From IMG/VR virus record IMGVR_UViG_3300037264_001145, positions 55,616-119,615 of that record: a stretch of 64,000 nucleotides of DNA. One strand, given 5' to 3'. How positions within the stretch are numbered: position 1 is the first letter of the stretch; each line of letters opens with the position of its first letter. Below the pieces are notes generated by a model. That model was not told the origin of the DNA and made no database searches. It saw only the letters and a list, made by a program, of their open reading frames with translations. This DNA is from a virus. Below, in pieces: positions 1-9,689 of the stretch. Both the position numbers and the translations under genes were made by a program.

Positions 1-2
1 TA

Positions 3-1706
3 TATGACGGGAAAGCTATAATTCCGGCACCACTAGTGCAAGTGACCAAAGATTATATTAGAACACAAGATGGCACAAAAATAAGTGCTCTCTGGGGGAT
101 TGAACTAACTGGTACAGCCCTACCATTCAGAGGATCTCCTAGTGGCAATTTTGTTTCACCAGCAAATGCTTTTTGGACATTGGCCGGTGATCCTCCGGAC
201 GAAACTTTTGCAGATAACGACGGCGCTTTTTCAAGCCTGGTAAAAAAAGAAGAAGCCCTTAGATATTTATTTAGTTTCGATGGACAGTTATTAGAATTGT
301 ATGCTGGCGCTTCTCCGGCTACTATAAGATGTAATCCTAGAGTTGTTTCGGTAGAATTTTCGTCGGGTCAGTGGGTTGATAGATTAGAATATTCTATAAG
401 ATTAGAGGCCGATTGGGTACAGATTGCCGGTTTAGCAAAAAGTACGGAAGATACTTTTGAAGTTGAGTTGATAAGTGACGGGCAAGAAAAATGGTCTTTT
501 AACGAAGTAACTGGACAAAGTGGTGTGATCCAAGAAGTTTCTCATACTATCACAGCCCAAGGTATTTTAGGGTATGACGCAACAGGACTTCCTTATTCTG
601 GCGCTGGAGAAACAGCGGGTGGAGAGGCGTGGAAGCACGCGAAGACTTGGTGTGACAATAGGGTGCTTGGGTTTGTTGATCCCGATGTGATGCTTGCTGT
701 TCTTGGTGTGACAGGGTTAATTGGTGGGTCTTATGTAAAAAGTTCTAGCATGGGGGAACTCGATGGAGAATATTCCGTTACAGAGGAGTGGGTTTTATCT
801 CCTCAAAACTATTTTATAGAAAAATCATTTTCGTATAATAGAAACAGGGATGGTGTCATAAGCGTAGATTATGATGGAAAAATTATGGGGTTAGAGGACG
901 GAGAAGCAACTGGTGGACCTCTAGCTATAGCAAATGCTAAAGCTGCTATTCCTTCAGATGCCACGGCAAAGACAGAGACAGAACAGGCTCTTTTAGGAAT
1001 GTTGGGAACTTTTGTCTTAGGAGTTTCTCCGTCAGAGAAGAAAATTGTTATTGATAATGGAACCGCCGTAATAGACTTCTCTTTTGGTTGGACGGCTGAT
1101 GACGAGGAAGAATATACAAGAAAATGTGAAGCGGGTCTTAGTTTCAATATTAATGATTCAACTTACACACTGACTTATAGTTGCGATATTGAGGGTCATG
1201 GAGACACACCAGAAGACAGACTTGCCAACGCAGAACTTGGAATATTGAACGATGTAGATGCGAGAGCAGCGGCCATCGCGTTAATTGGAACCTCCCTCCC
1301 TGTCGGTGTCACAATAGCTACGGATTTTCAATCATCTTCTGTATCCAAGAATGAAACCGAAGGAAGTGTTAGATTTTCTTATTCGTGGAAAAATGATGAT
1401 GATGAATTCGGAAAATATGAAATTTCTATTGATATAGATTTCCCGCACGATGTCGTTGCTATACTACCAATCCCCGGAAGGGGAGCCGGACCAATCATCC
1501 AAGACATGGAAACAGTAACCCCACAGATAGTTACCGTCTCGCTTAATAGTCTTGGAAACGACACTAAACCAGATAACGCGACTATTATTGGAATCATAGA
1601 AAATGCGGCTGGTTTTGCTGGTACGTGGCTATTACAAAATGATAAAGAAAATTATTCCCCAACAAGTAAGAAGTACACAAGGACAAGATCTTATTTAGTT
1701 GATTAG
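3..1706 (+). CDS. Probable virion structural protein, 5'-partial
   Basis: The frame is open to the window edge (YDGKAIIPAPLV precedes the GTG at 36). The protein is acidic and Gly/Thr-rich, and is first in a co-oriented run of large unknown ORFs. The structural role is inferred from context only. Confidence 0.5.
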   Translation, partial: YDGKAIIPAPLVQVTKDYIRTQDGTKISALWGIELTGTALPFRGSPSGNFVSPANAFWTLAGDPPDETFADNDGAFSSLVKKEEALRYLFSFDGQLLELYAGASPATIRCNPRVVSVEFSSGQWVDRLEYSIRLEADWVQIAGLAKSTEDTFEVELISDGQEKWSFNEVTGQSGVIQEVSHTITAQGILGYDATGLPYSGAGETAGGEAWKHAKTWCDNRVLGFVDPDVMLAVLGVTGLIGGSYVKSSSMGELDGEYSVTEEWVLSPQNYFIEKSFSYNRNRDGVISVDYDGKIMGLEDGEATGGPLAIANAKAAIPSDATAKTETEQALLGMLGTFVLGVSPSEKKIVIDNGTAVIDFSFGWTADDEEEYTRKCEAGLSFNINDSTYTLTYSCDIEGHGDTPEDRLANAELGILNDVDARAAAIALIGTSLPVGVTIATDFQSSSVSKNETEGSVRFSYSWKNDDDEFGKYEISIDIDFPHDVVAILPIPGRGAGPIIQDMETVTPQIVTVSLNSLGNDTKPDNATIIGIIENAAGFAGTWLLQNDKENYSPTSKKYTRTRSYLVD

Positions 1707-1715
1707 GAGAAAGAA

Positions 1716-4469
1716 ATGGCTGACACATATACTGAAATAACATCGTCTATACAAGAGACCTTTTTTGGCTTAACACTCCAGAGATTAAATATAGACTTTG
1801 GTATTGGAGACAGTAACGGAAACGCATACACTTTTACTTTGGTAAGAGAAGATGGTCAAATATTTGCATTGAGAAATATTGACTTCACAAACGGAGTGGC
1901 TCCCTTATACCATTTTTTGTTCGGTAATATAGATATTATTGGAGCCTTGGTCTCGTGGGAAGAAAATATTATTGATATAAATGGTAATTCTATTTTTACG
2001 GTAAAATTAGCCCAATACAAAGAAATTTTTCTTGGTTCGTTTACAATAGTAGAAGATGATGAAATAGAAGCTCCTGTACTTTTTGGTAATATTATTAAAA
2101 TAAATACTATTCTTGTCACAGATTCAGAATTTGGTGGAGTTACCTACACCAATGATCCAGCACTCGACGAGGGTACAACGGAACTTGTGGGGGGTGATGG
2201 GGCGGGGGATGAACCTTTTAATCTTGGTGGTGGTGGTGGTGGTGGTAGTAGTTCTTGCGTAGCAGATAAATGTACAGAAGAAGAAACTGGCACTAGCGAC
2301 CAAGAAGTTGTTGGCCCAGACATTGCGCAAATCTTTAATTTATTTGCCGGTAGAATTTTTATGGTCGGCGAAAAACAAGTAATGTTTAATTTTCTTAATA
2401 TACTTTCCTTTAATCTGTACAGGATTCCAGTGGATGGAGAGGAATTAACTTTGTTAAATGTTATTGATTCCTATGCCGAAGACCAGGATTTTACTTATCA
2501 CTTAGGTTTCGAAGTAGTGAACAACGTTTATATTATTTCTTTTATCAAAAACAAAGGCATTAATGAATTAAGTCGTTCTTCTGTAAATTTTACCAATGTT
2601 TTAGACGCTCTTAGAAGTGCTCATGAAGGCGAGATTATGACTTTCAAAAAAGGTCATTCTATTACAGAAGGTTTTTCTCAACAATATGGAATCGAATCAA
2701 TAGTTCTCGATTTCTTCATGCAAGATGTTGTTACTGTTGTTCGTGGTGGATTAATAACGGATTTTCTTAATTTTACCGAAGTCGATATTATACCATTTTT
2801 TGGACTTTCCGAGGGTGGTGTTATTGTTGAACAACCAGACCAGGACACACTTGAGAGAATGGAGAGAATATTAAATGACGAAGAAGAAGCACCACCAGCA
2901 AATACTCGAATTAGCCAATTGATGTCTCGTTGGGGTAAAGAATTTTATGTAAATAGACGAAGATTGACACAACTTCTACCGTATACAGAAGAACAATTAG
3001 CTGCTGTTGCCTTAGAAGAACAGGCTATGATTGATTTTATAGTTGCTATGTTAGCATATTTCAACGCCCTTCCGGTTAGACAAATTGGGGATGCCGCAAG
3101 AGATGGTCGTGCGGAGCTCATAACTTTTATGGATGCATATATTATTGCAGTACCAGATGTTATCGACCAAGCTATTGAAGATATTAAAAATATTATGAAT
3201 GTCGATAATTATAATAACACCCTTAGTCTTGCGGCTGAATTTAATGTTCAAATAAATAGTTATACTCCTGGGTATCCTTCTGTAGATAGTATTTCTGCTG
3301 TTATAGGAACAAAATTAAGTTTAAATTCTACTGCGGATCTTCTTCAACAAAGAGAAGTAAGTGTATCTATACCAGACACAACAAGAGTATTATTTTCCTG
3401 TTTTCCGGTTGTTGATCATCCACTCATGGAAGATTCTATTGCTCAGGGCTTACTTAAAGATGGAGTTGGACGATGGCATTCTTATGTTCAATTACCATCA
3501 CTTAATAATAGTGATTCAACATCTAGTTATACGTGGCAATCCGCCAAGGCTATATTATCTGATGGAAACTATTTTACTAAAGTTGAACATTTCAAAAGTG
3601 GAGACATATACATTATTAGATTGGAGGATCAATTAGTACAAATACAAACAACTGCCGACGGCGAGACATCTCGTTTGACAGTACCAACAACCTTGTCGCA
3701 AACGTTTCTGTCTAGCGCAAGTCCCAATAAAAGATACGGTCCATTTATTTTTCTAGATGGTAAATTAATAGATGAACAAAGTAGTAAATATCAAAATGCA
3801 TTAGACGATCCAAGATATAGAATTAAAAATATTAATAATAATAATTTGATTCCAGAAAATTTTAGTAATAAAGGAACTCTTTCTTATACTGATACTTATG
3901 AAGCAATGGAAAATTTTGTTGTAAGAAATATAAGTGTTTTTGAATCTCACGTACAACTATTACAATCTTTTGGTTCGGTAGAAGTTGCTGGATTACCAGT
4001 ATCATTAGCTTTTGATGGAACAATTTTTCGAGATGGTAGTTTTGTTGATAGAATTGCTATTAATTTTGATGTAGGTGGTATAAAAACCGTTTATCAAGTA
4101 AAATCAAAAGACCCCAAAGGAAAATCAAAGAAAAGACCAGAGAAAAAAACAATAGATGTTCCTAAAACACCGTGCGAAGAACCAGAGCCAAGTAAAATGG
4201 GAAGAGGGGGTAAAGCTATAATTACAGGCAATGGTGGATCAGGTAGTTTTAATGTTGGTGGATATTTTTGTGAATTGGTTGGTGCTACTGATCTGGGTGT
4301 CAGAAGAAACTATGATGCAGAAAATACAGCAGAATGGAATATTGGCCAAGGACATCTTCCTATCGGAACTTTTGTTAGTCTTGAAGTCTATAGAGAAACC
4401 GAATGTGGTCCAGACTTAGCAAGATTTAGTTATCCACTAGAAGTATTTTCTCCTCCGGCGGAAGAATAA
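1716..4469 (+). CDS. Large acidic hypothetical protein (917 aa), probable tail/baseplate component
   Basis: Long clean ORF with an AGGAG RBS upstream, a poly-Gly linker and no enzymatic motif. Function inferred from context. Confidence 0.5.
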   Translation: MADTYTEITSSIQETFFGLTLQRLNIDFGIGDSNGNAYTFTLVREDGQIFALRNIDFTNGVAPLYHFLFGNIDIIGALVSWEENIIDINGNSIFTVKLAQYKEIFLGSFTIVEDDEIEAPVLFGNIIKINTILVTDSEFGGVTYTNDPALDEGTTELVGGDGAGDEPFNLGGGGGGGSSSCVADKCTEEETGTSDQEVVGPDIAQIFNLFAGRIFMVGEKQVMFNFLNILSFNLYRIPVDGEELTLLNVIDSYAEDQDFTYHLGFEVVNNVYIISFIKNKGINELSRSSVNFTNVLDALRSAHEGEIMTFKKGHSITEGFSQQYGIESIVLDFFMQDVVTVVRGGLITDFLNFTEVDIIPFFGLSEGGVIVEQPDQDTLERMERILNDEEEAPPANTRISQLMSRWGKEFYVNRRRLTQLLPYTEEQLAAVALEEQAMIDFIVAMLAYFNALPVRQIGDAARDGRAELITFMDAYIIAVPDVIDQAIEDIKNIMNVDNYNNTLSLAAEFNVQINSYTPGYPSVDSISAVIGTKLSLNSTADLLQQREVSVSIPDTTRVLFSCFPVVDHPLMEDSIAQGLLKDGVGRWHSYVQLPSLNNSDSTSSYTWQSAKAILSDGNYFTKVEHFKSGDIYIIRLEDQLVQIQTTADGETSRLTVPTTLSQTFLSSASPNKRYGPFIFLDGKLIDEQSSKYQNALDDPRYRIKNINNNNLIPENFSNKGTLSYTDTYEAMENFVVRNISVFESHVQLLQSFGSVEVAGLPVSLAFDGTIFRDGSFVDRIAINFDVGGIKTVYQVKSKDPKGKSKKRPEKKTIDVPKTPCEEPEPSKMGRGGKAIITGNGGSGSFNVGGYFCELVGATDLGVRRNYDAENTAEWNIGQGHLPIGTFVSLEVYRETECGPDLARFSYPLEVFSPPAEE
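2226..2246 (+). repeat. (GGT)7 in-frame trinucleotide repeat encoding a poly-Gly linker
   Basis: ggtggtggtggtggtggtggt read directly from the sequence. Confidence 0.9.
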
Positions 4470-4472
4470 TTT

Positions 4473-6263
4473 ATGCCAAATTTTTCAGTAAGATTAATAG
4501 ATGCACCATCCGTAGTAGCCATTATAAATGGATATACACCCTTTACTCCAGATGGAGGGATTTTTTGTGGTGGTTATCAAGGACCATTATATCCAAATCC
4601 TACAACTCTAATTTCCCCTAAGACAAAATTCAATCCATATGATTACATGGGTGGTAATGGAAATATGCCAACTGTTACTTCTCGTTCACTTCCAAATACA
4701 GGAGATAGATATAGAGGTTTAGGAAAAGGTAATCCTGGAATTAGATATAAAAATCCTGGACACATACTGGGAGTTATAGACACTTACTGTAGAATGTCTT
4801 ATGGACTTGGATTTTATAAATTATTAAGGTTGGGACAAGCCAGTTATTCTTTTGCGCCACTCATTGATGTACAAATACCTTTTAAAGTATTAAATAATAA
4901 TGGTTCACTTGATAATAAAACAATAGGGATGGCAGAATTATATCCATATTTTTCACCGTCTCCAAATTCTTGGTTATTCGCTTATGTGCCTAACATATTT
5001 TATAATACAAAAACGACATTTAATCCAAGAACTTTTGAGCCTTTTGTTTTTGATGGAAGCGGTCCAGAAACAGGTGGGAGTTCAATTAGTTTTGAAGCCT
5101 TGTTTGGTGGTGTTTATATAAGATCGTATTTTGATACAATACCATATTTTAGAGCACTCTTTGAAGAAATGGCTACTTTAATAGCTGGAATATATAATTT
5201 TAACACTTTTGAAGAAGGACTTGTGGATGACGAGACTGGTCCGTGGGCCTTAGAAGGAACTCTTGTTGCAGACTTACCGTGTCCAGCAAAACCTATAGAA
5301 GGTTCTCCTTGGCACGAAAGTAGTATTAATCCAACTTTAGGTACTCTCAATGCTCATCCAGAAGGAACAGACTACGGAGAATGGGCTTATCCAATTTCTC
5401 CTTTTCATTACTATAATGCGTGTAAAACTTTGTCTGCTCCAGAAGCCCTACTATTATTAACAGGATCTCCAGACTATCACGAAAACCGTCCTGGTACACC
5501 GTCAGCAAATTACGAATACAGATCTTTAACAGAACTTAATGCTGTAGTAAATTTATTACCAATACAAACAAATAGTTTTCTTTATAGTTTTGGTGCTAAA
5601 TGGGATTCAGTGCCCCCCTCTTTATTACCATTCGCAGAATCAACCCCCATTACCGCCGCAACACAAGTTGTTTATTCTATTTGCGATATTTGTTTTACCA
5701 CTTTTGTGCCAGGTAGCATAACTATATCTGTTAATGCAGAAATAGAAAATTACGTAAGACGGTGGTTTATGGCCGCAAGCTTGGGGGGTGGTCAAGAAAC
5801 TTTCTTTGCAAATTCCGAAAGACGATTTATTTTCAGTACTTCTGTAACCAATAATTTCGGATGGGACAGAGATTGGTTTGGTGTTCAGGGCGAAAGCGTG
5901 AATACTGTTTGGGCTGCGGAAGGAGTTTTTACCGCTGGAGAAAGATTGGGAGAACAAGAAGATATTCAAACGACCACAACTTTCAAGGATTTGTCAAAGT
6001 TTGAATCAGTAGCAAATTTAACAATCCCAGAAGGAGGAGGGTCTCGTACAGTAAGAGCAAGACTTATATTACAATCAAAAACTATGGGTGGGTGGAAGCC
6101 AACCGAAGACGTTTATTTATTATTTGGTCCATTTGACCACGAAACTTTAAAAATGTTTATTACAATTGATATTGGTCATTTCGGTACTATGACCCATAAT
6201 GTTCATATTCCATTGCGTCTAGACCGATATTATGATGTAGAAGGTTTGCCTCCAACGGAGTAA
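4473..6263 (+). CDS. Hypothetical protein (596 aa), probable virion protein
   Basis: Long ORF starting 3 nt after the previous stop; Pro/Gly/aromatic-rich; no recognised motif. Confidence 0.5.
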   Translation: MPNFSVRLIDAPSVVAIINGYTPFTPDGGIFCGGYQGPLYPNPTTLISPKTKFNPYDYMGGNGNMPTVTSRSLPNTGDRYRGLGKGNPGIRYKNPGHILGVIDTYCRMSYGLGFYKLLRLGQASYSFAPLIDVQIPFKVLNNNGSLDNKTIGMAELYPYFSPSPNSWLFAYVPNIFYNTKTTFNPRTFEPFVFDGSGPETGGSSISFEALFGGVYIRSYFDTIPYFRALFEEMATLIAGIYNFNTFEEGLVDDETGPWALEGTLVADLPCPAKPIEGSPWHESSINPTLGTLNAHPEGTDYGEWAYPISPFHYYNACKTLSAPEALLLLTGSPDYHENRPGTPSANYEYRSLTELNAVVNLLPIQTNSFLYSFGAKWDSVPPSLLPFAESTPITAATQVVYSICDICFTTFVPGSITISVNAEIENYVRRWFMAASLGGGQETFFANSERRFIFSTSVTNNFGWDRDWFGVQGESVNTVWAAEGVFTAGERLGEQEDIQTTTTFKDLSKFESVANLTIPEGGGSRTVRARLILQSKTMGGWKPTEDVYLLFGPFDHETLKMFITIDIGHFGTMTHNVHIPLRLDRYYDVEGLPPTE

Positions 6264-6264
6264 A

Positions 6265-6277
6265 AATGTGTATAAAT
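6265..6277 (+). promoter_or_regulatory. Putative phage promoter motif (AATGTGTATAAAT)
   Basis: Intergenic copy of the recurring GTGTAT(A/T)(A/T) motif, 16 nt upstream of the ATG at 6294. Confidence 0.5.
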
Positions 6278-6293
6278 TAAACGGGAGATTTGT

Positions 6294-6920
6294 ATGAGCG
6301 TATCAATTTATGTAGGAGAAGACCAATTACTTCCAAGCACTTCCGGCCTTGGTTTTTATGGGAACGATGGCTTTGGCGAATCAATACTCATAGGAGAGTA
6401 TAATGGAAGAATGTTTGTTACAAACGCCTCCGGAACAGAAGAGGGCTTTGAATGTAACAACAATAAATATTTGAACACATCTGGCGTTATTTATGGACAG
6501 ACCGGAAACGGTATTCAATTAATTAGTTTGCCAAACAGTTTAGCTACTATCAATGTCAGATTTGAATATGTGACAGAGGTTAAAACTCTTGCTGGTAGAT
6601 TTTATATATTCGATGGAACGCTGGACGTAGACGATATACCGATGACAGGCAATCCTCCAAGCGGATTAACCTGTTATACCGCCGAGACAAGACATCAAAC
6701 CGAAACCCAAATTCCTGACGGGATAGGAGATACCGATTGGCTTGACACACAAGGGAGTACTTATCTAGAGGTAATTAGTTCCCCAGGAACAAGCGGATTA
6801 AGGCCGAATGGTTCCAATACCTTAGATACGAGACATGATTGGTATATAGCTATGACCGCTACTCCATTTCAGTTTGGGAATAAGCAATTTGCTATGTATT
6901 TTGAGACTGAATTTTTATAA
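6294..6920 (+). CDS. Conserved hypothetical protein, paralog A (probable structural protein)
   Basis: Shares G(L/V)GFYG, NNKYL, NVRF, SPGxSGLxPNG, DxRHDWY and ATP motifs with 7902..8534. Confidence 0.7.
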   Translation: MSVSIYVGEDQLLPSTSGLGFYGNDGFGESILIGEYNGRMFVTNASGTEEGFECNNNKYLNTSGVIYGQTGNGIQLISLPNSLATINVRFEYVTEVKTLAGRFYIFDGTLDVDDIPMTGNPPSGLTCYTAETRHQTETQIPDGIGDTDWLDTQGSTYLEVISSPGTSGLRPNGSNTLDTRHDWYIAMTATPFQFGNKQFAMYFETEFL

Positions 6921-7746
6921 GATCTAAAATAGATTGTGTAAGTTTAGCTTCATTAAATACCTGTTTTTGAACAACTCGTATTTTAATTTTTCCGCATATA
7001 CTTATGTTTTTATCTTTATAATTCAATAATATTGTCCGTTTCTTCTTCTTCGATAATAGATTATTTTTTTGTTCATCTGTTAATTTTATGTCACCAACTA
7101 TTCTTCTTAGAGACGTTATAGGGATATCTAGCTCCATGGATATGTCTCTTAACGAACGCCCCAACGCCCTTTGTTGTCTAGCTAAAAATTCTTTTGTTGG
7201 ACCTATTGTAAGATTTATACTATCCGATAATTTTAATATTCTTTGATATTTGTTTGTTTTTTTATTTTTTTTAATAATTTTTTGTTCTTTTAATACTTGT
7301 TTTTTAATATGTTTAATGGTGCATTTATGTATGTTAAATTTATTTACAATTTCATTAAAACCAAGATTGTTTAAAATCATTTCTTTTATTTTAATTATTT
7401 TATTATTGTCGATACTACTAATTTCTTTATCAATCATTGATTTTCTGTGTAATGCCCTATCTTCTCCATTTTCTTTTGGAGTTCCCCATTTTATGTTTTC
7501 TATATTATTGTTTAATTTATTTCCATCAAGATGTCTACATTGAAAACTCTGTGGTCTATTTCCAGAAAAAGTTTCTAAAATAAGTACATGTATTTTTTCT
7601 ATTTTCCCTTTCAAACAAATAGCCATATATCCATTAGACATAATAAATGGTTTTACAAATTCCTTTTTATCTATATTAAATATTCTTCCATCTCTATAAG
7701 CTAATAAGTTATTATACCTTGGTACTATTTTGGTTTTTACTTCCAT
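6892..7746 (-). CDS. Free-standing HNH homing endonuclease with C-terminal HTH-like extension
   Basis: CRHLDGNKLNNNIENIKWGTPKEN HNH motif. Start taken at MEVKTK (7746). Confidence 0.85.
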   Translation of the reverse strand: MEVKTKIVPRYNNLLAYRDGRIFNIDKKEFVKPFIMSNGYMAICLKGKIEKIHVLILETFSGNRPQSFQCRHLDGNKLNNNIENIKWGTPKENGEDRALHRKSMIDKEISSIDNNKIIKIKEMILNNLGFNEIVNKFNIHKCTIKHIKKQVLKEQKIIKKNKKTNKYQRILKLSDSINLTIGPTKEFLARQQRALGRSLRDISMELDIPITSLRRIVGDIKLTDEQKNNLLSKKKKRTILLNYKDKNISICGKIKIRVVQKQVFNEAKLTQSILDLIKIQSQNT

Positions 7747-7778
7747 TTTTCTTTTTTCCTGACACACTTTCTACTTAT

Positions 7779-7790
7779 ATTATACACTAT
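7779..7790 (-). promoter_or_regulatory. Putative promoter motif (ATAGTGTATAAT) for the HNH gene
   Basis: Same motif family; contains TATAAT; lies upstream of the 7746 start. Confidence 0.5.
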
Positions 7791-7842
7791 CACTACCAAT
7801 TATTGTTTGTTTTTCTTAAATTTTTAAAAAGACGTGTTAAAT

Positions 7843-7855
7843 AATGTGTATTTAT
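7843..7855 (+). promoter_or_regulatory. Putative promoter motif (AATGTGTATTTAT)
   Basis: Near-copy of the 6265 motif, upstream of paralog B. Confidence 0.45.
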
Positions 7856-7901
7856 ATATGTGGTGAAATACAATCAAATTATTTTTGAAAGGGTGATATA
7901 A

Positions 7902-8534
7902 ATGGCTGCTGCGATAACTTTTTTTGGTGGTGTAGGCGCTGGCGAAACCGGCTTGGGAGCTTCTGGTGTAGGATTCTACGGCGCTACCTTTGGTAGCTCT
8001 GTTCAAGTAGCATCTTATCAGGACACGACTTTCATTACTGATACTTTAGGGACAACCAATGGTGGACAAATTGATAATAACAAGTATCTTGGTACTTCAA
8101 GTGGTGTTAAGGTTAATGCGTTTGACAATGAGATTCTTGCTAATGTTCCTACTATCTCTGGAACATTGAATGTGAGATTTACATTTGATACCCCAGTAAT
8201 GACACAAAACGGCGAGTTCAGAATTTTTGACAGAGCGGACATAACCTTACCAGCCACAGGCGTCACCTGTTGGGTAGCTATGATCGGTAACGGCGGTTCT
8301 GGTGTCAACCAGACCACTGGGGAGGCTCAGGCGGGCCATAACGGATGGGCAGCACTGTCTGGAGCATCGCCAAAATGGGTGCTGTTGGCTAGTCCAGGAG
8401 AGTCTGGTTTAAGTCCGAACGGTACGGGAACCAACGACGACAGACATGACTGGTATATATCATTGTCGGCTACACCAACATCTATCGGGTCGAAAACAGA
8501 CTTTGGGGCTTATGTCGCCCTCGAATACCTATAA
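7902..8534 (+). CDS. Conserved hypothetical protein, paralog B (probable structural protein)
   Basis: Collinear similarity to 6294..6920 over the whole length. Confidence 0.7.
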   Translation: MAAAITFFGGVGAGETGLGASGVGFYGATFGSSVQVASYQDTTFITDTLGTTNGGQIDNNKYLGTSSGVKVNAFDNEILANVPTISGTLNVRFTFDTPVMTQNGEFRIFDRADITLPATGVTCWVAMIGNGGSGVNQTTGEAQAGHNGWAALSGASPKWVLLASPGESGLSPNGTGTNDDRHDWYISLSATPTSIGSKTDFGAYVALEYL

Positions 8535-8557
8535 GTTAATTGTAGTTTAATTCAAGG

Positions 8558-8590
8558 AAAAGCCAGATTTATTCTGGCTTTTTCTTTTTT
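8558..8590 (+). terminator. Rho-independent terminator
   Basis: AAAAGCCAGA-TTTAT-TCTGGCTTTT hairpin followed by a T-run, just after the paralog B stop. Confidence 0.85.
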
Positions 8591-8595
8591 ATAAA

Positions 8596-8608
8596 ATAGT
8601 GTATAAAA
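8596..8608 (+). promoter_or_regulatory. Putative promoter motif (ATAGTGTATAAAA)
   Basis: Lies between the terminator and the GAGGAG RBS of 8625; identical 13-mer at 49782-49794 on the - strand. Confidence 0.55.
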
Positions 8609-8624
8609 TAGAGGAGCATTCTAT

Positions 8625-8963
8625 ATGAACCAGAGAACATATTGCATGGATGGCGTCACCCTCTGTGATTCGGTTCAGGAATCAAAAATTGCAAACTGGC
8701 TTTATCTAAATGGAATCACCTTTGAAGCCCACAAGAAATTACCAAAACCATCAAGACAAAAATGTGATTTTTACTTGCCGGATTATCAACTATGGGTGGA
8801 ATGGGACGGGTTGATGGCCGTAAGACAACTTTCTTCAGATCACGCAGATCTTCGGGCAGATAGAAAAGTATCATTTTATAAAAGCCACGGAATGAAATTT
8901 GTGGTCTTAAACAGAGAAAATAATTGGGAGTCTTTATTGCATGAGGCTATTTTTTTGTCATAG
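8625..8963 (+). CDS. Small PD-(D/E)XK (DUF559/Vsr-like) endonuclease
   Basis: DSVQESKIANWL...CDFYLPDYQLWVEWDG pattern. Confidence 0.65.
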   Translation: MNQRTYCMDGVTLCDSVQESKIANWLYLNGITFEAHKKLPKPSRQKCDFYLPDYQLWVEWDGLMAVRQLSSDHADLRADRKVSFYKSHGMKFVVLNRENNWESLLHEAIFLS

Positions 8964-8971
8964 GATGTGAA

Positions 8972-9223
8972 ATGAAATTCCTTAACACTCAAAAAGTATT
9001 GACTGGATTACTGGTGAGCTTATTGGGTCTGGTTGGGGGAGTAGCTGCCGCATCCTATTCTGTAGGAGTAGAAAAAACTAAAATTACACAAAAGGTTGAA
9101 GAGCACGAAAAAGCGTTGCTTGAGATAAATACATATCTTAAAGAAATAAGTCAATCTATTCGCGCTATAGAACTGGATGTGGCTGTCCTGGCTGACGAAC
9201 ATGCCAATCGAACAACCCCTTAA
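8972..9223 (+). CDS. Single-TM plus coiled-coil membrane protein (holin-like)
   Basis: N-terminal hydrophobic helix VLTGLLVSLLGLVGGVAAASY followed by a heptad-like segment. Confidence 0.45.
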   Translation: MKFLNTQKVLTGLLVSLLGLVGGVAAASYSVGVEKTKITQKVEEHEKALLEINTYLKEISQSIRAIELDVAVLADEHANRTTP

Positions 9224-9677
9224 TTGCTTCCGTTAACAGGATACTTAAAACCACAGCCTCCCCATCTGAAATTGCGTGTTTGAAATTAATAGAAGCGTCT
9301 GTTCCTTTTTTCACACTTAGTCCAATATAATAACCAGCATACATTCCTTTTTCAAATTTCAATACGGCGTTTCCATCTTTATTAGAATGAAATAAGCCCT
9401 TATATTTATCGTTATCCTTTTCTTTCGGACCAGCACCATTTTTAACACCGTCTAAAACCGATAACAGTTCTCCCATATCTGTTACGCCCAATTTGAACAC
9501 AAGCTTTTTTTTCCAATTAAATGTTGCATTTCCATTCTCGTCTTTTGTTGGAAGTTGTGCTGCTATCTCGAAAAACACACACCCCTTGTCTTTTGAAAAT
9601 TCAAATTGCGAGGCAGCGCCACTACCGTCTGGTTTAGCTTTGTATATTTTGTAAGATTCTATGAATTTAGTTTCCAT
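9165..9677 (-). CDS. Whirly-family ssDNA-binding protein
   Basis: Collinear match to plant Whirly motifs: IYKAK~IYKGK, FNWKKKLVFKLGVTDMGELLS~YDWSKKQVFSLSVTEIGTLVS, LFH~FFH, VLKFE~VLKVE, YYIGLSV~FFNLSV, EAVVL...LFDWH~EFAVL...LIGWH. Confidence 0.75.
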   Translation of the reverse strand: METKFIESYKIYKAKPDGSGAASQFEFSKDKGCVFFEIAAQLPTKDENGNATFNWKKKLVFKLGVTDMGELLSVLDGVKNGAGPKEKDNDKYKGLFHSNKDGNAVLKFEKGMYAGYYIGLSVKKGTDASINFKHAISDGEAVVLSILLTEAIKGLFDWHVRQPGQPHPVL

Positions 9678-9689
9678 TTTTCTTCACCC

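Noticed and set aside
2226-2246. (GGT)7 as a phase-variation switch
   Set aside because: A trinucleotide unit preserves the frame, so it would only change linker length.
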